DNA of 64,000 nucleotides from Candidatus Poriferihabitaceae bacterium (GTDB lineage Bacteria; Pseudomonadota; Gammaproteobacteria; Arenicellales; Poriferihabitantaceae): NCBI GenBank assembly GCA_965221795.1, contig OZ244914.1, positions 3,548,102 to 3,612,101 of the forward strand, read 5' to 3'. Shown piece by piece: positions 50,811 to 59,745 of this stretch (position 1 is its first letter; each line of letters starts with the position of its first letter). The notes under the pieces were generated by a model. It saw only the letters and a program-made list of their open reading frames with translations, ran no database searches and was not told where the DNA came from. The position numbers and the translations under genes were made by a program.

Positions 50811-51489
50811 GGCCATGATTTGCTGCAATATGCCAAGTAGGCTGATGATACGGTGCCCTGCAGCTGGGACATATGGGAAATGAGCTATGGTTTTATCGCA
50901 ATTGGGCCCGATGTGGAGCAAATCGAAACGTCTACGGCAAACTTCAAGAAGTTCCGTCCATTTTTTGGGAACGGGGAACAGGTCGACAAGCTTCTCGACC
51001 AGACGAGTTATGTCAGTGTGATTGGGGACCTGAATTTGGGCAACGGGGTCTTCGCGCAATCCCTGTATAACGTTAAGTTCATCGCCCACAAAGCGGCTGG
51101 TTAGGATGCTGATCGGGCTCCAGGTTGCAGCGTTATTTTTGACCTCAATGCGTCTCGCTGCTTCACCGATACCCAGTTCTGTAACATCGTCGTCTTCGAA
51201 GTAAAAAAGGTCATCGCCGATGAATTCTCGACCATCTCGAAAAAAGGACCGTGTTTGCTTATCCAACTGAAAAGCTGAACTCGCATGTTACGTGGCAAAT
51301 CCTGTGCCGCATGAGACAGGGGCTCCCGGAGGAAACTGGAACTGAAGCCATTCTTTGAGTGCAATAGAGGGCATCACGGAGCATTGAATGCTGGTGGCGT
51401 GCACAGAGAATATCCGCCAAAATCCGGCACGCTGATGAAACGCATGTCCAGGCTTCTGCAAGGGCCAATTTGTTCAGAAATACTCGCAT
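50810..51489 (-). pseudogene. Third gene of a DUF262/DUF3696 (Menshen-like) locus, frameshifted and IS-truncated
   Basis: MRVFLNKLAL... continues in another frame as FFRDGREFIGDDLFYFEDDDVTELGIGEAARR; 3' end fused to IS5. Confidence 0.55.
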
Positions 51490-51497
51490 GGAGCGGG

Positions 51498-52646
51498 TCA
51501 GCGCCAACCGGAAAGTGCAGCAAGGTCTCGCTCTGTCTGATCGAAGAATCCTTCAGGCCAGTCACTGATTGCACCGTTCCCATCTACCGATACAGTGGTC
51601 ACAGAAGAGCTTTGGGCAGGTTGGTCGAAGAAGTGGATAGTAGCATCATTGGGCGCGAGCAGACCATCACGAACTGCAAGTCGTATGCCGTTCAGTAGGT
51701 GGTCACTGTGAGATTCAACCAGGATTTGCAAGCCGGAACCAGCCACTCTGGCAATAAAATAACCGACAGCAGACTGGGCTTGTGGATGAAGATGGAATTC
51801 CGCACTATCAATCACTACAGCAGAACCGGCTTTGGCTGTCAGTAGTGTAACCAGCATCGGAAATGTATAACTTAAGCCATAGCCGACATTGTCTGGTTTC
51901 GACCATGGACTAGTCGGCCCAAGACTGAAAGAGAGACGTATGGGAGCGTCTGCCGATAGTCGCTCTGCGTTAGCGCGCGCACCTGGGAAAAATTCGCCGA
52001 GCCAGGTATCAACCTGAGCCCGGACGGTCTCTCGTTCATCTTTTGGATGTCGACGCCTGGGGATGACCTCTTCATCCGCAAACTCGAGATACCAATACGG
52101 AGCATACTCCCCTGAACGACCGACGTCTCCACGCACATGAGCGGGTGACTGGGGAACAGGATAGGGCTCGAGTTGCATTTCCCGCCCCGCGCTAATAAAG
52201 ATGGTGTCGCGAAGTGAATGTATCAGGTCGGAAGTTTCCATCTCCGAAGGGTGGATTTGGTGGTTGGAGATGTCGACTAAATCATCGTCTCTGGAGTATT
52301 CAATGTCATCAAGAGTCATAAGGCCACGCATTGAGAATCTCTTGTCTACCCTGAAATTCCAGGTTGCCTGTTCCGCAGAATTTGATACACCCAAACGCAG
52401 TTTTTGGGGAGAAGCTGAATGGTAGATAACATCGCCCCCGGTGCCAAGTCTGACAAGTGCTCCGTTAAGCGGCAAGAGGTTATTGTTCGGGGCTTCCCGG
52501 AGGCCTTGGACGAGCAGAAGGAGTGCTTGAAGTGCGGTCGATTTGCCACCAGCGTTCCGCCCGGTAAGAAGCGTAAGGGGCGCACATGGCAAGTCCAGTG
52601 CCTCGAAGCATTTAAAGTTTCGCAGAGAAATTTGCCGAATAGTCAC
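51498..52646 (-). CDS. AAA_21-type ABC ATPase with DUF3696 (Menshen NsnB-like)
   Basis: ISLRNFKCF..LTLLTGRNAGGKST, NVGYGLSY, HLHPQAQ, VESHSDHLLNGIR, WPEGFFDQ; GTG start re-called at 52646. Confidence 0.85.
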   Translation of the reverse strand: MTIRQISLRNFKCFEALDLPCAPLTLLTGRNAGGKSTALQALLLLVQGLREAPNNNLLPLNGALVRLGTGGDVIYHSASPQKLRLGVSNSAEQATWNFRVDKRFSMRGLMTLDDIEYSRDDDLVDISNHQIHPSEMETSDLIHSLRDTIFISAGREMQLEPYPVPQSPAHVRGDVGRSGEYAPYWYLEFADEEVIPRRRHPKDERETVRAQVDTWLGEFFPGARANAERLSADAPIRLSFSLGPTSPWSKPDNVGYGLSYTFPMLVTLLTAKAGSAVVIDSAEFHLHPQAQSAVGYFIARVAGSGLQILVESHSDHLLNGIRLAVRDGLLAPNDATIHFFDQPAQSSSVTTVSVDGNGAISDWPEGFFDQTERDLAALSGWR

Positions 52647-52796
52647 TTGAGGAACCCCAATTCCTGAAACCCTCCGAGAGCCTCCATGGTCAAGTTGAAG
52701 CGGGATTTCACCTGATTGGTGCTGTTTGTGGAGTATGTGATGGTGGATGCCTAGTCTTCGTCGTTTACGAGTTCTACAACACGGTCGAAAATTTCC
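52643..52796 (-). pseudogene. C-terminal remnant of the upstream gene, probably a DUF262 protein
   Basis: EIFDRVVELVNDED*ASTITYSTNSTNQVKSRF...FLK*, overlapping the ATPase start by 4 bp; cut off by the IS30 end. Confidence 0.5.
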
Positions 52797-53325
52797 CCCG
52801 GGGCCAGTCCGAAGTGCAACCGCGTCGCGGCCCCGGAATGAGGGCGTAGCCCGAATGGAGGAATCGCGGCGGCGACCAAAAAATTCGCGCTTCGAGCACT
52901 TCTTTTCGGTCCCGGATAGTAGCAATCTCGACTACCAGCGATCCTGACAGAAGCGATCGGCCAAGGCAAGGGCGAGCTCAGGACCGGGAGGCCGACGGTT
53001 GAGCCGGTCCTCCACCGCCCGCACCTGCGCTGGAGTCACCTGGCGGAAGTCCGTCCCGTTCGGGAAGTACTGGCGCACCAAGCCGTTGGTGTGCTCGTTC
53101 CGGCCCCTTTCCCAGGAGTGGCAGGGGGTGGCAAAGTAGAAGCCCGCATCGAGCTTCTGTGCGATCTCCCGATGCCTCGCGAACTCCTTGCCGTGGTCTG
53201 CCGTACAGGTGTGAACCCGGTCCCGAACCGGTCCCAGGCACCGGGTGAGCGCCGCGTTCACCGCGGCCGCGGTCTTGCCCTCCACCCACTCCAGGAAGGG
53301 AAACTTCGAGCCCCGACCCACTGCC
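52797..53325 (-). mobile_element. IS30-family transposase C-terminal remnant with right end
   Basis: TADHGKEFA.H, YFATPCHSWERGRNEHTNGLVRQYFP.GTDF, RLNRRP; terminal GTTGCACTTCGGACT. Confidence 0.88.
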
Positions 53326-53456
53326 GATACCAGCGCCCCAGCCCTCGGACTCGTCCCGAGCCGCGCCCCGACCCCGTTCCGGATCAGGCCGACCTGGATC
53401 GCACCGCGTCTTCCATCAGCGTGAAATCACCCTGTTGCAAACTGAGACACTCCCCA

Positions 53457-54989
53457 TTATCGGTATTGTTTGCGAATCTCTTCTTTTCGGACCGCAATAT
53501 ACGCTTCCATCTCTTCCCGCCGTTCCGGTTCCAGAACAGGCTCCTGATATTCGTCAAGACGTTGCTGCCACAATGCAGTAGCCCGTTCGGTCCCGGTCCT
53601 GGCTCCATCAGATTGCCATACTTCATAATTTCGCCAATCTGCTAATGTGGAGTCATAGAACGCATTCCGGTAACGCTGCAGTGTATGGGGGTGATCAAAA
53701 AACTGGCCTCCCGTGGGCACTTGAGAGATCGCTTCCCAAGCGAGTTCATCCACATCCAGTGACAGCGGTTGCACCACTTCTGCCATCATCTGCAACAGTT
53801 CCACATCCAGGACAAACTTTTCAAAGGATGCCGTGAGACCTCCTTCCATCCATCCTGCCGCATGGTAGAGCAGATTGGTATGGGCGAGAAAGCATGCCCA
53901 TACGGACATTTCCGACTCCCAAGCCGCCTGTACATCGACCGTGTTGGACGTCGCCGAGTTACTGCATCGGAATGGCAGCCGGTATTTTCGTGCCAACTGG
54001 CCCGAAGCGAGAACCGCTCGGGCATATTCCGGAGTGCCGAATGCCGGAGCCCCGGTGCGCATATCGACATTGGAAGTATAGCTCCCATACATAACCGGTG
54101 CCCCGGGCATGGCCAGTTGTGTGAGTACAATTCCCGATAATGCTTCGGCATTCTGTTGGGACAACGCCCCCGCCAATGTAACGGGGGTCATTGCGCCCAT
54201 GAGTGTAAACGGAGTGATTACGCAACACTGTCCTGATCGGGCGGTAGTAATCAGGCCATCGGACATTTCGCCATCAAATCGGCGGGGGGAGTTCACCGAA
54301 ATAATGGTCAGGCAAGACGGTGATACCTGCATTTCTTCCCGGGAAATTCCCCGGGAAATTCGGGAAATCTCTATTCCATCCCGAGCGCGATCAGTGCCGA
54401 TGCTGGTATTCAACCAACACTTATCGGTCAAGGTAGCGGCGGCGAAATAACAATCCAGGTGACGGCTGAAGGCCGGCAGCTCCAGTGGAGGAGCCGGCTG
54501 GTTACCCGTGGCATGAACCACCTCATGAACCTGAACCAGCTTGAGCAAGCGACAGTAATCCACATAATTTCCATTGCGCTTTCCATGGATGCAATCGTGG
54601 ACACTGGGAGGGCCGCCTACCGAGGTCGTGCAAATGGCGTTGCCTCCAATCTCCAGGCGATGATCCGGGTTTCGTGGGGTCAGGGTAAAGTGAGCAGGTG
54701 CACTGTGCAATGTCTGCTCGACCAATGCACGATGAATGCGGACACGGCCGGTTTCATCATCGACTTCAGCACCGGCCTGACGGAACAACTCCCGAGCCTG
54801 GCTTCCCATGAACTCAATACCGACCTCCTCCAGAATCCTGGTCGAAGCCTGGTGAATAGACTCCAGTTGATCCTCGTTCAACACCGGTACTGGCGGGAGA
54901 GAGGAGCGAATCTGTCGATAATCCGTCTTGCGGGTGACAGTCGAATTATCCGATGATGTCAGTACCCGAGATCTTCTACGTTGGGACAT
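53457..54989 (-). CDS. MttB-superfamily methyltransferase, pyrrolysine-free (paralogue 3)
   Basis: SVNSPRRFD, GAMTPVTLAGALSQQNAE, SNVDMRTGAPAFGTPE, HAAGWMEGGL. Confidence 0.92.
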   Translation of the reverse strand: MSQRRRSRVLTSSDNSTVTRKTDYRQIRSSLPPVPVLNEDQLESIHQASTRILEEVGIEFMGSQARELFRQAGAEVDDETGRVRIHRALVEQTLHSAPAHFTLTPRNPDHRLEIGGNAICTTSVGGPPSVHDCIHGKRNGNYVDYCRLLKLVQVHEVVHATGNQPAPPLELPAFSRHLDCYFAAATLTDKCWLNTSIGTDRARDGIEISRISRGISREEMQVSPSCLTIISVNSPRRFDGEMSDGLITTARSGQCCVITPFTLMGAMTPVTLAGALSQQNAEALSGIVLTQLAMPGAPVMYGSYTSNVDMRTGAPAFGTPEYARAVLASGQLARKYRLPFRCSNSATSNTVDVQAAWESEMSVWACFLAHTNLLYHAAGWMEGGLTASFEKFVLDVELLQMMAEVVQPLSLDVDELAWEAISQVPTGGQFFDHPHTLQRYRNAFYDSTLADWRNYEVWQSDGARTGTERATALWQQRLDEYQEPVLEPERREEMEAYIAVRKEEIRKQYR

Positions 54990-55102
54990 GACAACCAGAA
55001 CAACAGTGGTTTGCGATGAGCCCAATCCGATGCAGGGGATGGCGCATCGGGTCTTTTCGGTCGGTTTCCAGCATAGGTTGCAGCCTCGAAGACCGGGCCG
55101 AC

Positions 55103-56059
55103 CTACTCCGATGGACTCTGGCTGATGGTTCGTTCTTCACGGGGGGTCCGGCCGTACATGTCCCGATATACCTTGATGAAGTGGGAGTGGGAGGAAAACC
55201 CGGCAGCAAGGGCCACTTCCAATCCAGACCGTGACGTATGAAGCAGCAACTGTCGGGCAGTGTCCAGTCGCAACTCCAGGTAATACCGTTGTGGAGTCGT
55301 GTTTTGATACTTGCGGAAAAGCCTTTCCAGTTGACGCAAGGATACATCGACATATTTCGCGACTTCGGGAGGAGACAGAGGATCTTCGATATTATTCTGC
55401 ATCAGTTCAATCGCCCCCGCCAGTTTGGACGACAACCGGGCCCAATGAAAATTGTTTTCCATCCGTTGCCGGTCGTCGGGAGTCCGCAACCGATCATGCT
55501 GGTAGATTTGTGAAATTTTTCGGGCCAGGTCCGAACCATGATCCTGCTCTACAAACCGGAGCATCATATCCAGGGCAGCGGTTCCTCCAGAGCAGGTTCC
55601 CCGGCCACGGTCAATCTCATATAGATTACTGGTGATCTGCAAATGTGGATAGAGCTCCCGGAATACGGGCAGGTTTTCCCAGTGGATAGTACAACGGTAT
55701 CCGTCCAGCAACCCTGCCTTTGCCAGCACAAAACTACCCGAACTGGCACTCCCGAGTAACACCCCTTGCTGGTGCAAGGAACGTAATCGATCAAATGTGC
55801 GGATATCCTCAAACGACTGTGCTTCGTTGGTCGCAATCAGAAAAACCCGTTCGCATGCCGACACTTCATGAATGGATCCTTCCACATGAATCGAGATCCC
55901 GCTGCTGGAATCCACATCGTTCCCATCAATAGAGACCAGATGCCATCGATAGGACGGATGGAACGTGAACCGATTGGCCGTACGCATACAGTCCACCAGG
56001 CAACTGAACGGGATCAGTGGAAACCGATCAAAGAGCAGCAGGACAACCTTCTGTGTCAT
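55103..56059 (-). CDS. GlxA/GbdR-like AraC-family regulator (DJ-1/PfpI domain plus AraC HTH)
   Basis: LAKAGLLDGYRCTIHWEN, TCSGGTAALD, SLRQLERLF, GFSSHSHF. Confidence 0.92.
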   Translation of the reverse strand: MTQKVVLLLFDRFPLIPFSCLVDCMRTANRFTFHPSYRWHLVSIDGNDVDSSSGISIHVEGSIHEVSACERVFLIATNEAQSFEDIRTFDRLRSLHQQGVLLGSASSGSFVLAKAGLLDGYRCTIHWENLPVFRELYPHLQITSNLYEIDRGRGTCSGGTAALDMMLRFVEQDHGSDLARKISQIYQHDRLRTPDDRQRMENNFHWARLSSKLAGAIELMQNNIEDPLSPPEVAKYVDVSLRQLERLFRKYQNTTPQRYYLELRLDTARQLLLHTSRSGLEVALAAGFSSHSHFIKVYRDMYGRTPREERTISQSPSE

Positions 56060-56247
56060 GGTGGGAACGGTATACTGCCGGAAATCATGATATGGTGGAC
56101 GATCGGATCAAACCCGGTAACGAAAACCGCATTAAAGTATGGTCTGACATATTTCAACAATCAAACGGTGAATACTTCAGGGCAGGCGGGGTGACTGGAA
56201 CGCTCAATAATGACCGTTCATGCCAGAATACAGGACAAGTCATACTG

Positions 56248-56445
56248 GCCCCGGGGCCAGTCCGAAGTGCAACCGCGCCGCGATCCCGGAATGAGGGCGT
56301 AGCCCGAATGGAGGGATCGCGGCGGCGACCAAAAAATCCGCACTCCGAGCGCTTCTTTTCGGTCCCGGATGACAACCATCTAGACTTCTGGCGATCCTGA
56401 CAGAAGCCATCGGCCAAGGCAAGGGCGAGCTCAGGACCTGGAGGT
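56248..56445 (-). mobile_element. Second copy of the IS30 right end, same orientation as the 52797 copy
   Basis: About 200 bp closely similar to 52797-52995 (GGGGCCAGTCCGAAGTGCAACCGCG...GGCCAAGGCAAGGGCGAGCTCAGGACC). Confidence 0.88.
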
Positions 56446-56446
56446 C

Positions 56447-56980
56447 GAGCGAGGCCGTCCTCTGGCACGTCCGCACCGGTTCGCCCTGGCGCGACCTGCC
56501 CGCCCGTTTCAGCAACATGCCAAGGCCGCCGGCGCAAAAGGGGGACCCAAAACCAGGCCATCGGTCGCTCCCGCGGTGGTCTGACCACCAAGATCGTGGC
56601 TGTCACAGATTCCCTGGGCTATCTTGCCCACTTTGTCATCCTCCCCGGTCAGGCCCATGACCTCAAGGGGGCAGAAGAGATCCTGGCGGGCCTCGATTGC
56701 GACGCCCTTATTGCCGACAAGGCTTTCGATGCCGACAGTCTCCTTGCCGATCTCGAATCACGCAGGATCAAGGCCGTGATCCCGGCCAAACGCAACCGTA
56801 TGGCGATTCGGGAGTACGACCGGCATATGTATGCCTAGCGGCACCAGGTCGAGAACTTCTTCTCGAAGATCAAGGAATTTCGGGGCATTGCGATGCGTTT
56901 TGACAAGACGGTGGTGAGCTTCTCGGCTCTCATTTACCTCGCTGCCGGGGTGATTGCGGCTCGATAGTCAACAGGCCCTA
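56447..56980 (+). mobile_element. Degenerate IS5-family (IS427 group) transposase
   Basis: EAVLWHVRTGSPWRDLP, AIGRSRGGLTTKI, PGQAHD, ADKAFD, VIPAKRNR, internal stop, ENFFSKIKEFRGIAMRFDK; end TAGTCAACAGGCCCTAG. Confidence 0.88.
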
Positions 56981-57085
56981 GTATCTCAGTTTGAAATTTC
57001 GGTAGTGGTTCAGCTGGAAGATCATGCCTGTCTGCATAAGAAAGGGCAGACTGGGGCCGCCGCCCCGGAGACACGGCCAAGCCGG

Positions 57086-57632
57086 TCAGCGCAGACCATT
57101 CTCCCCGAGATCACAAACATAGCGCGTTCCGACAAGCCGCATATCTTTCTCCCAGTGCTGGAGGTTCATGGTGATGAGCTCACTGTTCTCCGGGATTGAC
57201 GCAACAAGACCCTCCACCCAGGCGTCCTCCGCGGGATCGCAGCCACGATTACTCACCTCCGCATCAGTCTGAGGCCCCTGACATTCAGAGTTGGACGAAC
57301 AATACACAGGTCTGGGGATGGCATCCGACCACTTGAACCATGTGAGTTGCGGGCAGACTTGTCCCGGGACCGGGGTGACGTAATGGCAGAGGCGTGCGCA
57401 GGGTGTGTGCGGATAGGTCGGGTTGACGATATACCGCGCGATGCCCACCAGACGAAACTCGCTCTCGGCTAGGGACTGCTGATTCGATTGACCCTTGTGT
57501 TGACCGGGTGCCGTGCAAGTTGATGTCGCCCCCGCGGTTCCGACCAGCCCCAGCAACAGGGCCAGCGTAGCGAGGAGGGCTGTTAATCGAGCGAGGGGGG
57601 GGGGGGGGGGGGGGGGGGGTATTCATCTTCAT
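57086..57632 (-). pseudogene. Putative secreted Cys-rich protein, out of frame at a homopolymer tract
   Basis: MKMNT-(poly-Pro) joins LARLTALLATLALLLGLVGTAGA-TSTC... only if the C tract length is a multiple of 3; the tract is 25. Confidence 0.6.
57595..57619. repeat. G25 homopolymer
   Basis: 25 consecutive G counted directly. Confidence 0.95.
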
Positions 57633-57796
57633 TGTTAATCTGCCACCAAAGCCATACTCAAGGAAACAATTATTCCTAAAGTTAACGGCATTAGGGGAGG
57701 ACGAATTACGGTGGTCTTTCATGGTATTCTCCAAAGTTGGATGATTGTGAAGAAGTATACCACTTTATTTCCATCCCCTTATCACACTGGAAACTC

Positions 57797-58735
57797 ATGG
57801 CCAAGCACCCTCCGCCTGACGGCTGTCAGGAGACGGTCCCCTCTGTGTTGATCACCGGAGGCACAGGATTGATCGGCCAAGCCCTGATTCCGGTCTTGGT
57901 TCGGGAAGGACATCCAGTCAATGTGCTGACCCGCCAGCCCGCAAAATACCCGGCGCATTCGGCTCGCCCCTCCCTGTTTTCGACCCTGGACCAAATACCG
58001 GATGCGCATCCCATTAATGCAGTGATCAACCTGGCCGGTGCGCGGATCGTCGGCCAGCGCTGGACCAATAAGCGCAAGCAGGTGTTGCGGAACAGTCGAA
58101 TTGACCTGACCCGCAAACTGGTCGAGTGGATGTCCCGACGTCCAACCCCGCCCACCATCCTGATCAGCGGTTCGGCATCAGGATATTATGGCAATCGCCT
58201 CCAGGATCCCTTGACCGAAGAAGAAGCCCATGGCAGCGATTTCGGTGCCCAGCTGTGCTGGGAGTGGGAGCAGGAAAGCCAGCGGGCCTCGGCGTTGGGA
58301 ACCCGGGTGGTCATCCTCCGTACCGGTCTGGTACTCAGTGATCAAGGGGGCATGTTGCCACCTTTGTTGCAATCGTTTGGCCTTGGAATGGGTTGCCGGG
58401 TTGGTGATGGCACCCAATGGATGAGTTGGGTTCATATCGAAGACCAGGTCCAAGCCATCATTCACTTATTGAAACATCCAGAATCCAGAGGAGCTTACAA
58501 TTTGTCATCCCCAGAGCCAGTTACCAACACCGACTTCAGCCGATGCCTCGCCAAGGTATTGCGGCGGCCCTGCCTGTTCTCTCTCCCCGCCCCGATTCTC
58601 CGAATCGCTTTGGGAGAAGCCGCGGGACTCTTGCTCGGGGGGCAACGCATGCAACCGAAAAAGCTGCTCCACGAAGGATACACCTTCCGACATCCCAACC
58701 TGGAAAATACCCTGCGCATCTTGAGCAACCGCTGA
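57797..58735 (+). CDS. TIGR01777/YfcH-family NAD-dependent epimerase-like protein
   Basis: LITGGTGLIG, AVINLAGA, SASGYYG, LRTGLVL, QWMSWVHIED, PVTN. Confidence 0.9.
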   Translation: MAKHPPPDGCQETVPSVLITGGTGLIGQALIPVLVREGHPVNVLTRQPAKYPAHSARPSLFSTLDQIPDAHPINAVINLAGARIVGQRWTNKRKQVLRNSRIDLTRKLVEWMSRRPTPPTILISGSASGYYGNRLQDPLTEEEAHGSDFGAQLCWEWEQESQRASALGTRVVILRTGLVLSDQGGMLPPLLQSFGLGMGCRVGDGTQWMSWVHIEDQVQAIIHLLKHPESRGAYNLSSPEPVTNTDFSRCLAKVLRRPCLFSLPAPILRIALGEAAGLLLGGQRMQPKKLLHEGYTFRHPNLENTLRILSNR

Positions 58736-58807
58736 AAAGGTCGGCGGACCCAGCGCAGCCCTCATTCGGTTGGCATCGAATCCCGCATACTTCCTGGCGA
58801 AATGATC

Positions 58808-59731
58808 TCACTCCAGGGCCGATACGATTTGATGGTGTAGAGGCTTATCCTGAAACCGGCTCAACTCCTGCAATCCGGTTGGGCTGGTGACGTTCACCTC
58901 AATGAGGTACTGACCGATAATATCGGCTCCCGCAAAGAAAATCCCTCGGGACACCAGCTCCGGCTGTAATGCCCGGCAAATCTCCTGGTCTTTCTCGGTC
59001 AGTTCTACCGGATGAGCACTGCCGCCCTGATCCAAATTATTCAGTTCTTCCCCTTGGGCATGCACACGGAGAATTGCCCCCAGCGGCTTGCCTGCCAGAA
59101 ACAGGACTCGCTTGTCCCCTTCCCTCGCGGCCGGTAGGTAAGCCTGTGCAATCACCCAGTACCGACCGTCACCAGTGGCAGCATGCAAGGTCTTCGGATC
59201 ATCCTCTGGAGAATAAAAGACAATTCCCTGACCGCCATGACCATCGATCGGTTTGACGGTAATTCGTCCGACCTGCTCCGCGAAGGACTGGATTGTTCCG
59301 ATTTCGTTGCTGACCAGTGTATGCGGCGTATGTTGGGGAAACGACAATGCCGCCAATTTTTCATTCCAGTCGCGGACTCCCTGGGGGGCATTGACCACGC
59401 GGGTTGATTCCGGCAGAAAATCCAGCAGCAGTGTGGTATAGAAATAGCGTCGGTCGAACGGGGGATCGGTCCGAAGCCAAACCACATCGGTCTGCGCCAA
59501 CGGGATCATTTCGTCCTGCAAAATCGAAAACGGCATGGAGTGGTCGTCCCGCACCTCCAGCCACTGTACCCGGGCGGTTACGACATTATGCTGCAGTTCA
59601 AGCCATACGGGATCGATATACCCCACCGAATGCCCACGCTCTACACACGCCTGCATGAGGAAGTACGTCGTATCCTTCCACGGTTTGACGGTACCCAGAG
59701 GGTCCATAAGAAAGACATGCTTCATGGGCAA
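58808..59731 (-). CDS. gshB: Glutathione synthetase
   Basis: FLMDP..KDTT, LRTDPPFD, NEKL, KPIDGHGG, EGDKR, EVNVTSPTG. Confidence 0.95.
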   Translation of the reverse strand: MPMKHVFLMDPLGTVKPWKDTTYFLMQACVERGHSVGYIDPVWLELQHNVVTARVQWLEVRDDHSMPFSILQDEMIPLAQTDVVWLRTDPPFDRRYFYTTLLLDFLPESTRVVNAPQGVRDWNEKLAALSFPQHTPHTLVSNEIGTIQSFAEQVGRITVKPIDGHGGQGIVFYSPEDDPKTLHAATGDGRYWVIAQAYLPAAREGDKRVLFLAGKPLGAILRVHAQGEELNNLDQGGSAHPVELTEKDQEICRALQPELVSRGIFFAGADIIGQYLIEVNVTSPTGLQELSRFQDKPLHHQIVSALE

Positions 59732-59745
59732 AAGACATTTCGCAT

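Noticed and set aside
50262-51266. 334-aa ORF as a novel fusion protein
   Set aside because: It is a chimera of a broken defence gene and an IS5 transposase tail that happen to be in frame.
52647-52925. N-terminal extension of the DUF3696 ATPase ORF
   Set aside because: It reads through the IS30 end and the upstream gene remnant; family similarity begins at the GTG at 52646.
54335-54369. Repeated CGGGAAAT motifs in mttB
   Set aside because: They simply encode ISRISRGISR in frame.
26878-54989. Pyrrolysine read-through in the MttB genes
   Set aside because: All three ORFs are full length with no internal TAG, and no pyl genes are present in the window.
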